Shown: in pieces, positions 1-21,985 of the stretch
Layout: the number at the start of each line of letters is the position of its first letter
How positions within the stretch are numbered: the first letter of the stretch is position 1
The notes under the pieces: generated by a model
Seen by the model: only the letters and a program-made list of their open reading frames with translations
Told to the model about the DNA's origin: nothing
Databases searched by the model: none
Position numbers and translations under genes: made by a program
Assembly: GCF_009914755.1 (NCBI RefSeq)
Contig: NC_060931.1
DNA: 64,000 nt
Reading direction: 5' to 3' (one strand)
Source: the human T2T-CHM13v2.0 reference genome, Homo sapiens

Positions 1-226
1 GTGCCTGTGTGTCTGCCTGCCTGCCTTTGTGCCTCCCTTTGAAATTCTATTTGCCTACTCACCTTTCTCTACCTACTCAGTCAGTTGGTTGTCTGTGCCC
101 AAGATTTATTAATGTGTGTTAACGTGTGGGTAGTAGAGATAGACTGGAAGGTACTTTGTAGTTTAGAAATGTCTGTAATTTACACCTAGTTGTTTGTAAT
201 TCATCTAATACGGTAAATAGATTATA

Positions 227-1848
<1,622 letters not shown>

Positions 1849-2034
1849 TATGAATGCCAAGGAGAAACATAGGGTGGGTGGTTATTAGTAATAGGATTTT
1901 GCAACTGAAATAATTAAACATGTTCAGATATTTATCTCCACACCCATTCACTGACATTATTAGATGGTGCACAAAAGTAAAAAGTTTATTTTAAAATTAC
2001 TTTATAATTTAGATAGAAGATTATTAAAATTCAT

Positions 2035-2186
2035 TTTTAAGAAACAGAGTCTGTCTCTGTTGCTCAAGCTTGAGTGCAGTGGCACAATCACAGCTCACTG
2101 TAGCCTCAAACTCCTGGACTCAACAGATCCGCCTGCCTTAGCCTCCTAAGTAGATAGGACTACAGGCATGAGCCACTGCTCCCTGG
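2035..2186 (-). mobile_element. Alu monomer (FRAM/AluJ right-arm type)
   Basis: Single diverged antisense Alu arm. Confidence 0.8.
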
Positions 2187-2976
2187 TGGATTACTTTTAA
2201 AGTATGTTTTTTTTTTTTTGAAAATGCAACTTAAACTAGAAGTACAGGATGAATATTTAACCAATACATTTAATTTCTTGTCATTGCTTTATTAGATGCT
2301 GTTTTTGTATTGTTTATAAGGTCTCAGCATCATATGTATGATATTTTCAAATATGTTCTAAAATGACCTCATCATTTATTTCTCTAGTTGTTAAAGAAGG
2401 TATAGAGGTTTTATCATTTTTTAAAATAGGATGTAGGTTGGATTAGATCTATAAATTATTATTTTGCCTTTAAAACAGGTTATAGATAAAAGAGGGAAAG
2501 GTAATCTGGTGATACTACTGGGCAGGAATCTTTAAATTATTTAAAGAGGGTGTAAACGAAGGAATGTACAAAAGTAAAAATAGGCAGGGAAGAAAAGACC
2601 TGATGGAAGTAACATATCTTTGTTAGGAATTTGAGTGTCTAGCATTATAGTGGACAGTCCAATGATATGGTTTACAACAGTTATATAGGTATTAGACCTG
2701 GCCATTACTTACTATGTAATGTTGAGTACATGATTTGAACCACTCTCAATCTTAGCTTCTTTATCGTTAAAACAGAAATAGTTTGTAATGTTTGAATTAG
2801 TAAGAATAAAGGACACAGTGTCAGATGTGTCAGAAGGAAGCATGATTAGGGCATTAAGTGAGAAGTTAAATAAATAGGAGGGGAAAAAGGCCACCCCTTG
2901 CTCTTTTTCTCTTTTGGACCTTTTTGGTGACAGAGACAGAAAGAATGTGTATAGTATATTTAATTATCTGAAAATA

Positions 2977-3042
2977 CAGAGCTGAGCATCCCTAATCTGA
3001 AGTTTAAAATGCCCCTACATCCAAAATTTTTTGAGTGCCATT
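2977..3042. mobile_element. Tigger4/MER46-like terminal fragment
   Basis: gctgagcatccctaatctgaa...aaaatgc...ccaaaattttttgagtgcca resembles the recalled MER46 terminus. Confidence 0.55.
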
Positions 3043-3044
3043 AT

Positions 3045-7415
<4,371 letters not shown>

Positions 7416-7737
7416 GATTTTTTTTTGCATTTTTTTATTGTGATAAAATGTATTAATACAAAACATTTATCATTTAAGTGTACAGTTCTGTGGCATTAGA
7501 TACATTCACACTGTGCAATTAGGACTCTTAAAAGGAAAAAGTCACATACTGTTAGAAGGGTCATACAAGGCTTTATAGAAAGGATTTTTAAGATGAGCTT
7601 CTATATATCAATTAAAAGAACATTTCAGTAGAAACATGGGCGTATGGTATGATAATTACCAGAAGACAAATGCAAATAAGTGCTGAACACAGGAAAAAAA
7701 TAATCAACCTCTCCAATAATCAGAAAAATTGAAGTTA

Positions 7738-8163
<426 letters not shown>

Positions 8164-8457
8164 CTAGTGTTTCTAGGTCCATTAAGGGGAGGGTAAACTG
8201 GTGAAGCCTGTTTTGGAAGGCAGTTTGGCCACTTCTAATAGAATTGATAAATGTACATACTCTTTGATCCAGCATGTCAACTTTAGGGATCTTTCCGTAA
8301 AAATACTTGCATATGTGCATAAAATAGTATGTCCAAGTATGCAACAATTTTTGTGAAACAACCTAAAATAGCTATTAGTAAGGAGACTTTGCATAACTGG
8401 TTACCTAAAAGGAAACAGATGTGGAGGGGAGAGAGTTTGGCTTTTTCATTTTATACC

Positions 8458-9245
8458 TGTATGCAGAAAAGAGTAACATAGCAGGCCTAAGACTACTATC
8501 CTTAGAAAGGCCTGCTTACAATGTTATCCCTTGGCTGGTGTCTGGGAACTTAGACTTTTGGGAGAATTTCCATTATCCCCTGATAAGAGTGGTTCACTGT
8601 GCCCAAACTGTACAAACAATGTGGTTTATGGGCTGGGCCCAGTGGCTCAATTGTGTAATCTCAGTGCTTTGGGAGGCCGAGGCAGGAGGATTCCTTGAGG
8701 CCAGCTTGGGCCACATAGTAAGACCTCATCTCTACAAAACATTTTTAAAAATTAGCCAGATGTCATGGTGTGCACCTGTGTAGTCTTAGCTACTTTGGGA
8801 AGCTGAGGCAGGCAGATAACTTGAGTCCAGTAGTTCAAAGTTGCAGTGAGCCTTAATCATGCCACTGCACTCCAGCATGGGTAGCAGAACAAGACTCTCT
8901 CTCTGAAAAACAAAAATAAAAAATAATATGGTTTATGTTGAACATCTACTTTTTTTCTGGGAGTCTGGAATTTTGGTATATTCTTAGGCAGAGTGCCTGT
9001 GTAACCAGCCTCCAATAAAAGCCTTGGGCACTTTATTTCTAATGCGCTTCCCTTGTGGACAACGTTTCACACATGTTGTCACAACTTATTTCTGCAGGAA
9101 TTAGAGGATCGTGTGTAATTTCATTAGAAGAGGATTTTTGAAAGCTTGTGCCTAGTTTCTTCTGGACTTTGCCTCTTGTGCCTTTTTCTTTGCTGCTTTT
9201 ACTTTGTATCCTTTAGCTGTGATAAATTATAGCTCTGAGTATGGT
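8458..9245 (+). mobile_element. ERVL-class solo LTR (MER68-like), interrupted by AluJ at 8631-8925
   Basis: Begins tgtatgcagaaaagagtaacatagcaggcct, like the recalled MER68 consensus; Alu TSD aaaYaatRtggtttatg. Confidence 0.65.
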
Positions 9246-10257
9246 TATATTCAGTGATATGTTGGATCAGTTGATATGCTGAGTTTTTTACATGTGTGTA
9301 TTATCTAACCCCTTTATTGTGCACATTTTCCCTTGATGGTAAAACAGTGAAAGCTTTCCTTGGTAACATTGTAGGTGATATAATAAAGAAGTGAATCAAA
9401 AAGTGAGTGTCTTTAGGTATGTTATTTAGGACAAGGAGATACTACTTTAGGTAAATTATTTTAAATTACACTTTCAGTTTTTATTACCTTCATATGTCAA
9501 TAGGATGCTAAACCACAGATGTTAAATTTCAAATAGCATTTTAAGTTTTGCTCTCTAGTTTTATAAATCATATTACATAAACTTACTGAACTAAATGTGA
9601 AAATAGGGTGCCAATTCACTGACTATGTGATGTTCCGAATGGGTTATCAATGTCTATTACGTCTAGCAGACTTGCCCTGCTTTGTTGAATGTGTATTTGG
9701 AAGACACTAGGCTCTGTGGGGGAAGAAAAAGAAATAGGTTATTATCTGTGAGGCAGTGAATTATAATCTTGGGTGATGGCGGCATTGGTAGTGATGGGAT
9801 AAAATGTGTAAACATGATGGATATTAAAGGCAAGAATGACAAGTACTATATGACTAGGACATGTTTTTGGAATATATGCCTCATTAGAGCAGGGATTTTG
9901 TCCTGTTCATCTCTTATCACTAGCACCTAAAACAGTCCCTGGGCATAGGATAGGTTAGGTGGAGTTAATGTGAAGCCAGTCGTCGTCATAAAAGTGATAA
10001 TTGAGTTTGAAGAGGAAGTTCTTTTTATTATAAATCTCTGAATCCAGTATGTCAGCAAACTTAAAAATATTTTTTGGGAATATCATAACAGTTAATTCAT
10101 GAATAGGTCAGAACTTTCTAATGTTGTATGAATATTATGTGACCTGGTAATCTGAGACACTTTAATGGCGCTTGCCTGCAACTAGCTGTTCTTTTTGATA
10201 CTGGATAGGACATTTAATTCTGTACAAACAACTACTAAGGGTTTCTTTCCCTTAAAA

Positions 10258-11150
10258 AATTTTTTTTAATTGTGGTAAAATACATGTAACATGAAAACCT
10301 ATCATCTAAGCCATTTTTAAATGTACAGTTCAATAGCGTTAAGTACATTCACATTGTTGTATAACCAATCTCTAGAACTCTTCTCATCTTAGAAAGCTAA
10401 AACTCTGTTCCCATTAAACCACCCTCTTTATTCCAAACTCATTCTCCTCCTTCCTCCAACCTGTAGCACCATTCTATTACACTTTCTGTCTGTATGGATT
10501 TGACAATTCTAGGTGCCTCATATAATTAGGATTATAAAATATTGTCTTTTTGTGACTGGTGTATTTCAGTTAGCATAATGTCCTCAGGGTTCATCCATGT
10601 TGTAGTATGTGTCAAAATCTTCCTTTTTAAAGGGTTGAAAAACACTGCATTGTATGTATATACTACATTTTGTTTATCTATTTGCCCATAGCATGACACT
10701 TAGGTTGCTTCCACCTTTTGGCTATTGTGAATGCTCCTGCTGTGAACATGGTTGTACAAATATCTGTTCGAGACCCTGCTTTCCGTTCTTTGGGGTATAT
10801 ACCCAAAAATGGAATTGCTGAATGATATGATAATTCTACTTTTACTTTTTGAGGAACCACCGTACTGTTTCCTATAGTAACTGTATCATTTTACATTTCA
10901 CAACAGAGCACAAGGGTTCCAGTTTCTCCATATCCTTGCCAATACCTGTTATTCTGGCTTGTTTTGTTTTGTTTTTTGTTTTTTGTTTTTTATAGAGTTG
11001 AGGTTTTGCTGTGTTGCCCAGACTGGTCTTGAACTCCTCAAGTGGCACAAGCGATCCTCCTGCCTTGGCCTCCCAAAGTGCTTGGGTTATAGTTATGAGC
11101 CACTGTGCCCAGCCTATTTTGGTTTTTTGATAGTAGCCATCACAATGGTT
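10258..11150 (-). mobile_element. L1MB-like 3' end (ORF2 C-terminus plus 3'UTR) with a FLAM insert at about 10960-11114
   Basis: ORF 10678..10860 (AIPFLGIYPKE...MFTAGAFTIAKRWKQPKC) is the L1 ORF2 C-terminus. Confidence 0.85.
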
Positions 11151-11649
11151 CGAGTGGATTGCTAAGTCATACAGGGATGTAAAATTGTGTCTGTTGAATC
11201 ATCTATATGAAATACTTCATAGGAATTGAAGCTATTAAGATTTTGATGCCTGTTGGAGATTATTGGTGACTTGCTAAAAGTAATTTTAGTAGGGTAATAA
11301 AGGGAAAAATGAAATTTTCAGAGGGTGTAGGAGTTAGTGGTTCACCAGGAAGTGTAGTTTCTCTTTAGAAAGTTTGGTCAGCTGACCACAGCACTGTGGC
11401 AGTCTCCGGCCTTGCAAAAATAACTTTTTTCCATATAGTGGTCAATAAGTATTGAGGTCTCTTAAACTACACAAGTGACTCTTCCTGTGCTATATTTGTT
11501 TTTGCAGAGAGAAGTGTGAATTCTGAATCTCTGCTACTAATTTGGGAGTCTTTGTTTTATATTTGTAATCGGAGGTAAAGAGAATTGATGTAATTGTGGC
11601 TTAATATGTTAATACTAGAACTTAATATTCTCAATTTTACTGTATGTTT

Positions 11650-12238
<589 letters not shown>

Positions 12239-13807
12239 TGCTGTATGTTTTTATTATATACTATGAGATAATGAGATTAGTGATGGATTGCTTTGTAATA
12301 CTTTGGGAGTCTGGGTTTGGCAGAGTGTGCCCCTATGAAGACTAAGTGGGACTATAATGATTGTGTTTTCTTAAATCAGAATCAGGATGCATAACCAGAT
12401 GAAGGAAGACATAGTCGGGAGCCATAGTTTTAATATCTAGATTTTGGAATTTTAGGGTGATTTACTATAGGGACAAAGTATTTGAAATTGGGATTGGCGG
12501 AACATCAGTGGAACCAGCGATTGCTAAGTTAAATATATACAGGGACATTAGATAATGGATGATGAGGAAATGGGTAAAAGAAAGTGAGGGCCTTGTGAGT
12601 TGAAACAAAAATAATCAAACCTGGAACACTTTCCATTTATTGTATTAGATATCTTCATTTCAATAAAATTAATGTATATGACAAAATTTTATTGTCCTCC
12701 TAGTTCAAGTGGTATTCTACTTTTATTTCCATAAAAATATACTTTCAGGATAGGGAAAGGGTAAACTTGCATTATAAGTTTGTATTTTCTCACGAAGGGA
12801 CAGGAGAGAAGAAAAAAATCATTTGCTTATTGTCTAGGCTATGCAAAAAAAAAAAAAAAAAGAACAGCCTTGTTTTTTTATTACATTTTTTCATTTAGTT
12901 TATGATTTGCCATATTTATTATTTTAAAACATGAAGTCTGTAGTACAAGGTTTTATTTAAAAACATTCTCAAAATCAAGGACTATTACTACATGCATTCA
13001 GGGAAGATTATCTAGCTATATTGGAGAGATCTCCTTCGCTAGTAATTGATGAAACCTAGGAATTGAACCCCAGCTTCTCTGACTTAAAGCTGCCCTATTG
13101 TGAAGTAGAAATGAAGTGTAAGCAATATATTCTTAAGTATACTAGTCAATTCTGATTTACATAGAAGACCTAACAGTTTATTTACTCCCTACTATTTGTT
13201 ATGGGATTATGCTGATAGTAGCTATTACTAATAGAAGATACGGTCTAAATCAGGGAATTCGTGTTCTATCAGGGATGGCATATGTGCATATCTAAATAAT
13301 TACTGTACACTGGGATATGTTCTAGATAAGAGGTGTATATAAAGTAGATAGAGATGAGGAAGTGGATGATGGGCCTGTATGCCAGTACTACTATCAGGAA
13401 AAATTTCATGAAGATGATTTCTGTATTGGGCTAGTAAAAAGCAGGGAGTTTCTTGGCAGACAATTAGGGGAATAAGTGAAGCATACATTTTGACATGAGC
13501 AAAGCACAGAATCATTTTATTACTCCAAGACTCATAAGACTGGCCCTGTTTACTTCAAAGTTACTTTCTTTATTATCAATCCTGAGTTGGCTTCAAATGA
13601 GGAGGCATAGCCATGCATTTCTGAAAAAAAAGGGAGAGAATTAGTCTGTTAGGCAGCAGTGGGTGAACAGTGAGCAAAGATAGGAAGATGAATTTTGATA
13701 GGCAGAGTTGCATATTTTGCAACTAAAGGTAGACATTGCAGTTGTATAGTTGAAAGACCCTTTGGTTATTTTAGCTGCTTATAACCATTATCGTTAGTGA
13801 TGTGCAT

Positions 13808-14068
13808 TTTTTCTTTTTTTTTGAGATGGAGCTCTGTCGCCCAGGCTGGAGTGCAGTGGTGTGATCTCGGCTCACTGCAACCTCAGCCTCCTGAGTAGCT
13901 GGGACTACGGGCACACACCACGAGGCTTGGCTAATTTTTGTATTTTTTGGTAGAGATTGGGTTTCACCATGTTGGCCAGGCTGGTCTTGAGCTCCTGACC
14001 TCAAGTGATCTGCCCACCTTGGCCTCCTAAAGTGCTGGGATTACAGGCACAAGCCACCGTGCCCAGCC
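13808..14068 (-). mobile_element. AluS with internal deletion in the right arm
   Basis: caacctc joins directly to agcctcctgagtag (cctc microhomology). Confidence 0.85.
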
Positions 14069-14581
14069 CATATACATATTTTTATGTAAGTATGTTTGTA
14101 AAGTTAGAGATAAAATAGTGATAATACAGTGTTACTTTGAGATAGTATAGTGTTACTTTGGCTGGTACTCTAATTTTACTGTATGCTGCTATTAATTTAT
14201 ATTTGGGGTTTTAAGAAATTTTGGTTTGGTTATCATGCAGTTTGTAGGGTTAAATTAATACTATTAAGATGGTGTGGTTTTTCTTACTGAGGACAGTTAA
14301 AATTTTCAAATATAAAGCCAGATGAATTTATTTATTTAACAATGGTTATTGAATGTGAACTATGTCCCAAACCTGCTACCGTTTAAAATTCAGATGAATT
14401 CTCCAGTAATTGCCTCAGAAATTTTCCGGAGCAATTAGGTAAAAGGAGTATGATTTTATGGGTTAGGTAGCCTTAATATTTTGCCACAGTATAACTCTTA
14501 AGCTTAAAGTAATTTCCATTTTTATTTACTATACAAAGTATAGTTTTAATATTTGTATATTCTTATATGCATATTTACTAA

Positions 14582-14952
<371 letters not shown>

Positions 14953-15324
14953 TGAAACTCGTACTGTGTTTTAAGTGTTATAACATTGAGGAATTTGAGG
15001 CAGTGGTGTGTGGTCTAATAACAGAGCATGAGAGAGCTTCAGCTTTGATACTTAATTTCTATATATCCCATCTTATTCCGAAAGGAATTTCAGTTAGCTT
15101 AATTTCCATTTTAGTGCTGTTTCTTTTTGTGTTAATTTATTGTTTTCTTAATTGTGCTGATTTAAAATCCAGCCAACAAATTAATTTAACGCTTGTCTGT
15201 CTAAATGTATTTTCACTTCAAAGTCTCTTCAGTGAATATGAAGACAATTAGCTATATTTTTGCTAACAAGATTTGCTGATGGGGAGAAGAGCGAGATAAA
15301 GGAACAAATCAAGGATGAGTGTTA

Positions 15325-15390
15325 GGTTTTTGGCTTGAACTACTGTTGAATGGTGGTGGTTTTTGGCTTGAACTGCTGTTGAATGGTGGT
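15325..15390. repeat. 33-bp tandem duplication (2 copies, 1 mismatch)
   Basis: ggtttttggcttgaactRctgttgaatggtggt x2. Confidence 0.95.
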
Positions 15391-16338
15391 GCTATTTGGG
15401 CATGTTTGTGATGCCCATTACACATCCAGTGGACAGGCCAATAGACAGCTCTTTGACTCTGGAGAGATTTAACAAACTTTAAACATTCTCAGGAGCTTAG
15501 ATGAACAATGAACTGTTCCACTCTTTTAAGAACTTGAATCTTGACACACAAGTGGGTATCTTAAAGTCACATTGCATGTGATTTTGGAGGCTTTTGAGAA
15601 TCCATTTATTGATTTAGGATTAGGGGAATACAAATTTAGTGTTTTAGGAAATTGTTTAAAGCAAAGTGAATATTAAACTCGAATTTTGTTTGTATCAAAA
15701 ATTCTAAGTATTAAAAATGTTTCTCTGACTTGTCTGAGAAGGCTCAGTAAATAATTCTTCAATTTGTAATGAGAGTTTTGCTTTGCATTAGCTATTGGTC
15801 TATAAAGTCCAGTAAGATAGTCTAATCTCTGCCTTCAGTTTTATAGATTAGTGGACGAGACAGACAAGTACTGAAATACTTAAGAAATACTTTTCACAAG
15901 TGGCAATAGAACAATGTGTTATGGACTCATTGCAGAAGGCTGAGGAGCAGTAAAGGAGGGAAGGTTCAAGAAAGCCTTCAAAAAGGAAATAACACTTTAG
16001 CCAGAGCCCTGCTCACCAGTAAGAGCAAAAATTGTGCAACTTTGATATTTAAGAAATGGAGGGTTACTGCTAGTCGTAGTGGTGGTGAGTAATTCTATAT
16101 GACTAAAGCATCAAACTCTAATAAGAGCATTATAAAAAGAGGCTAGAAAATTGGACAGGCAACATTCAACATATCTTATAATTAAAGATTTGGTAGTTTA
16201 TGTTAGAGGTGATAGACACATAGGAGAGTTTTTAAATGTGGGAGTAAAATGGTCAGACTTGACTTTTTAGAACAGTAATAAAGGAGTGCAGTTATTTTTG
16301 GAATTCATTTATGTGACTTTTTAAAGACTTCTGGGGTA

Positions 16339-16625
<287 letters not shown>

Positions 16626-17477
16626 GATCTTTAGGGTAGACTTAATTGCAAATGCTTTCTTAAAGGATTTGTTTGTTTTCTTAGCTTTTTTTTAAAAAGT
16701 CACACGATAAAGGGTGTGGTGGGTACCTATAACTTAATACGGACATCATTTAGCTATATTTTTGCCCAGTTAATACAGTAAATGATTAAAAATTCTTTCT
16801 TGCTTTAGGATTATATGAAATAATTAAATTATATAATAAATGAATTATTTTATTAATGTTTAGTGCTATTCTCATACAGTCTATGAATAAGGTTTCTTAG
16901 TATATTATGTTTCTCAATAATACAGAATTTTTTTGTTTCTTTCTTAGTAATAGCTTCATCAGAGACAATAGAATAGTGGTCGGGAAGTTAAAATGAAATT
17001 ATATGTGTAGATAATTCTGTTTCATAGAGTTTAAATGAACTTTGGTGCTACTTCTATTCAGGAACTATTTAGACATTAATGTTGATGTGTTAAAAAAAAA
17101 AAAAAACCTGCTCTAGGCCAAATCAGATCTTAATCTGGTGGTAATTTTGTACCCACAGAGTTTATTGTTTAACAGGGCAAATTAGATGTATTCTCTTTAT
17201 ATATTTATCATAAGAGTAAGAAATGTAAGTGTTCTAAAAGTACATATAAAGGTAAAACAATTCAGAGGGGAAGATTATGTCTGGAGGAAGGGCATCAGAA
17301 ACTCTGTAGGAGCTAGGGCTTAAAATTAAAAGATAAGTAAGCTTTGGAGGTGTGCAAGTGGGGAGACCACCAACAAGCAAAGAAAAAGCATACACAAAGA
17401 CACAGAAAAATGATTATCATGGGATTTTTTTTAAAGTAGAATCTTAGCAACTTTTAAAAAGACAAATTATCAGGCAA

Positions 17478-17580
17478 TTACCACCTCAGACCTACTGAAT
17501 CAGAAACTACTGGGATGAGGCCCAGCAATGTGGCCCTCCAGGTGATTCTGAAGCACACTCAAATTTGACAAACTGCTTTG
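17478..17580. mobile_element. MER5A-like hAT fragment
   Basis: cagacctactgaatcagaaact...gcccagcaat...ccctccaggtgattctga. Confidence 0.75.
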
Positions 17581-17689
17581 CAATTTCAGGCAGATAAATT
17601 GACCTGGAATATGCAACTCTTTCTGATCTTTGATCTAGGAAAGGTTTTAAAGAAATAAATCTGAAGTAACAACATTTAAAGAGTTCCAG

Positions 17690-17870
17690 TAATTAGTTCA
17701 ATAATAATAGTTAACATTTATTGAGCCATTTTATGTACTAGACCTTTTGCTGAGTAAAGGTTATTATCTCAGTTTTATAGATGAGACACAGAGAGGTTAA
17801 ATATGTTAATTGTCACACAGCTAAGAAAGTACCAGATCCAGAATTTTAATTTATGTAGCTTACTATAAAG
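17690..17870 (-). mobile_element. MIR fragment
   Basis: Core-like attatctcagttttatagatgagacacagagaggttaa. Confidence 0.6.
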
Positions 17871-18247
17871 CTGACATTTTTCGGTGGGAAATAAGTTCCA
17901 ACTTGTAGATACCTTTTTAAAGTACAAAACAAAGTTTTTACTTGTTTTATGGACCACTTTTGTATCTCTGATGGGCATGAAAATTGCTAAGAACACTATT
18001 GTAGATTTTTATTTTAATAGAGCATTCTCCATTTTAAACTTTAATTATAGAAAGCATTTTAAGAAATGGCATGCTAGGCTTTAAGAAAACTGGATAAATG
18101 AAAATCCAAACTTAAATAAGATAAATATTTGGACGCAAAAGTTCTCAAGGTTCATTATGAGAAATGTAGTCATTTCACATAAAAGCTTTGTTTTGCACAT
18201 TTCTCAATAACGTAATTTGTCATGTAAAAGAAGAAAAGTCTGGAGTG

Positions 18248-18561
18248 GGCCAGGCATGGTGGCTTACACTTGTATTCCCCAGCACTTTGGAATGTTGAGG
18301 CAGGAGGATTGCTGGAGCCCAGGAGTTCGAGACCAGCCTCCGCAACATACATGGGGAGACCCCAGCCCTACAAAAAATAGTAATAATAATTAGCTGGGCA
18401 TGGTGACATGAGCCTGTGGTTCCAGCCACTTTGGAGGCTGAGGCAGGAGGATCATTTGAACATGGGAGTTTGAAGCTATGGTGAGCCATGATCATGCCAC
18501 TGCATTCCAGTTTAGACAACAGAGTGAGACTCCGTCTGTGAATGAGTGAATGAATGAATGA
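18248..18561 (+). mobile_element. AluJ with (TGAA)n tail
   Basis: Sense Alu followed by gaatgagtgaatgaatgaatg. Confidence 0.87.
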
Positions 18562-19385
18562 AAAAGAAAAAGCTTAGAGTGATTGTACCAGGCATTCCTG
18601 AGGTACATTCACATTTTATAATTAAACTCAACCACTCTTTGTACTAAATTTTTTCTCGCTGACATTGACCTAAGATATATTCCTTTCCCCTCTGTGTTTC
18701 TGCAACTATTTAAGTTGATATCCTTCTCTAAGTCAGATTCAAAATAATATTTTGAAATGCACTGATACTATAAGTATCTAAAAATACATCTTTTCAGATG
18801 CTTAATCTTTGAGCAGAGAAAATACAAACATTCTAATTAAATGTGCAAGATGCGTATATAAGTAACCATGAGGATCTTTGTTAATATGGAGTAACGACAT
18901 CATAAACAATCTTTTCTACTGTCCTTTTTTATTTACGTTCAATTTTTTGAACAGGCAATACAGTCATACAATCCAAAAGATATGAAAAGACATAATAGTA
19001 ATGTCTCATTCTCATCCGTTTCCCTTAGGTACCCATTTCCCTTCCCCACAGACACATACTTTGTTAATAGTTTTTCTTCCAGAGATGATATATGCATATG
19101 TACAAGCAAATGCAAATGTTTTTATTTCTTTTTAACACCAGTAGTAATATATTACATATATACATACTGCACTGTGTATATAATGTACACTATTGTTTCC
19201 TGCTTTTTACATTTATACTTAATATGTATTTTTCAGATACTGTCATCTTACTATATATAAAAAGCTAACTCATTTGTTTTTCAGCTCTCTCATATTTGAT
19301 GGTATGAATAAAACAAATTTAGCCAGTTTTGTATTAAGAGGTTTCTTTGATTGTAGTTTTTTGCTGTTACTAACAATGCTGCAGT

Positions 19386-19683
<298 letters not shown>

Positions 19684-20973
19684 TGCTGTGGTATGTAACT
19701 TTGAATATAAATCATTTCATGTGTGTCCCATTTTTATCTGGAGGACAAAGTTGTAGAAGTACAATTCAGAGACAGGGTCTTGCATTGTTAAGCAGGCTGG
19801 TCTTGAACTCCTGGCTTCAAGCAGTCCTCCCAAAGTGCTAGGATTACAAGTGTGAGCCACCATGCTCGGCCCCCACTTGCTTTTGAATACAGTTTTTCCT
19901 CTGACACATGTATATATTTGGAGAACTCTATTACCACAGGAAATCACAAGAAATAGCATCATAAATGTGGGGAATTTTACTTTGACATTGTGCCAGTGCA
20001 GAATAAGATTCTAGTAAATCTTTATCATAAAGAAAAAAATGTATTCCTGTTGTAGGTCTCTAGTATTGTGATGATAAAATTTAGTCGTTTTTCAAAGAAA
20101 AAGAAAGGTTTATAGGCAGTTTTAGTTCCTTAAATATCAGTATCACAAGTAGCAAAAATTAATGAGAAAGTTAAATTTTATCAGATTTATTTTTCATTTT
20201 ATTTGTATTTAATAATTTGTTGAATGGTAAAACCAGAATGCTTTCAATATGTCTTGAGGCCTGAAAGAAAGTTCCTTTGAAATTAAATTTCAGCAATGTA
20301 GTTGTGTAGAATTTGAACAATTCACAATACTGACTTTCAGTGCTTCTGAAAGCAGGAAGTGTATTACTGACACGCAGAAATATTCCAGCCCAAAGAACAT
20401 CCCTACTGCCATATGTGGTAAGAATTTGTCACTAACCCACAAACTAGTTCTGTAATGCAGTGAATAAGCAGAATTGGTCTTTGTTGGACATTTCCAATTC
20501 AATATGAAAGAACTTTGTTTTGCAGTGTCTTGTAAGTAATTATTAGCTTATGCCTTGGGAGAAAGCCTGGCACATCATGGGTGCGTGCTCATGGTTTATT
20601 GAGAGAAGAAAATTCTTTTAGGCATGTTTTTAAAACTTGGTTATTGTGACCCTTAGTTAAAACACTGAAATTACTCGAATATGTTAAAGACTGAGTTAAA
20701 TATTCTGACTCAGCTTATTAATGATATCTTTAAATTATATTACTTTTATTCTGTTTTCCCTCTTTGCTGCTCATGTGAAATAAATATGAATCTTATGTTT
20801 GCACTTATGCTATAAAAGAAATTATCCTTGGGGTTAATTATTAAGGGATGGGGAAATTAAGAGCTAAGAGACAGGAAAATGAGTTGTGAGGAATTGGGGT
20901 CACCAGATTTCATTAAAAATTTGAAAATATCACTGTTTCTCTAAACTTTAATTTTTATTTGTTGTATTTTTAG

Positions 20974-21082
20974 CGGTTAAGAAGATTGTCTACCAAATAT
21001 AGAACAGAAAAGATATATCCCACAGCCACTGGAGAAAAAGAAGAAAATGTTAAAAAGAACAGATACAAGGACATACTGCCAT
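20974..21082 (+). CDS. PTPN12: PTPN12 exon 2 (109 nt): [36 protein letters not shown](F); includes Ser39 RRLS motif and KNRY pTyr-recognition loop
   Basis: tatttttag|CGG acceptor, CCAT|gtaagt donor, open frame. Confidence 0.97.
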
Positions 21083-21985
21083 GTAAGTTGGAAATGCCCT
21101 TGATAAAATACATAGAAATGCTAATTAGCCTTTTGTAACCTAACTAGTTTTATTCTTCCTGAGTTTCACTGTTAAGGAAGTAGTAATTAACCTATCTTTC
21201 AAAGTACATGGAAAGATAATAATTCATAATTGTGCTTTTTGTTTTTCCTTCTGATCCTAATTTTTGTTTAATTTTTTTCCTGTAAGTATCACAGTTGCTC
21301 TAATACTAAATTACTTTTAAATACTGTAAATCCAAGTGAAAATATCTTCTGTCAACTCTCTGTTCAAAGATGTTATTTCATTAAAATAATAGACAACTGA
21401 ATACATTTTATAAAATGCTAACAATGTTGATTTTTCATATATCTATACATAAGAACCTTAATTGATTAATTATGCATGAGAAAATGAAGCATAGGATGAC
21501 TCAAACATCTGTGTGTCTACTATTCTCAGCAGTCTGAATATGTGCCTCTAAGTATATGTCTTAGACTGATTGCATTACATTCTAATGATATTTTATTTAT
21601 TTATTTATTTGTTTGTTTGTTTGTTTAGAGGTGGGGGTTCTCACTGTGTTCCCCAGGCTGGTCTCAAACTCCTGAGCTCATACGATCCTCCCACCTCAGC
21701 CTCCCCAAGTGTTGTGATTACAGGTGTGAGCCACTGCGCCCTGTCTGTATTCTTAAATAGCACAGTTTTCTGGCAAGATAACTTTAACTCTGAAAGTATA
21801 CTTAAGGTGTGCCATCACTTTATCCAGTAAAAGCTATACGTCATACTTGCTATCTTTTAAAGCTGCCGTCGTTTTTCTTTCTTCATAAGTATTTTGAAAT
21901 ATCTACATTCCATCACATCATTTCCTCAATTCTTATTCAGTCTTAAAGGTTGTTCTCTCTAAAATGCCTTTAAAGTTCTTGGTGA

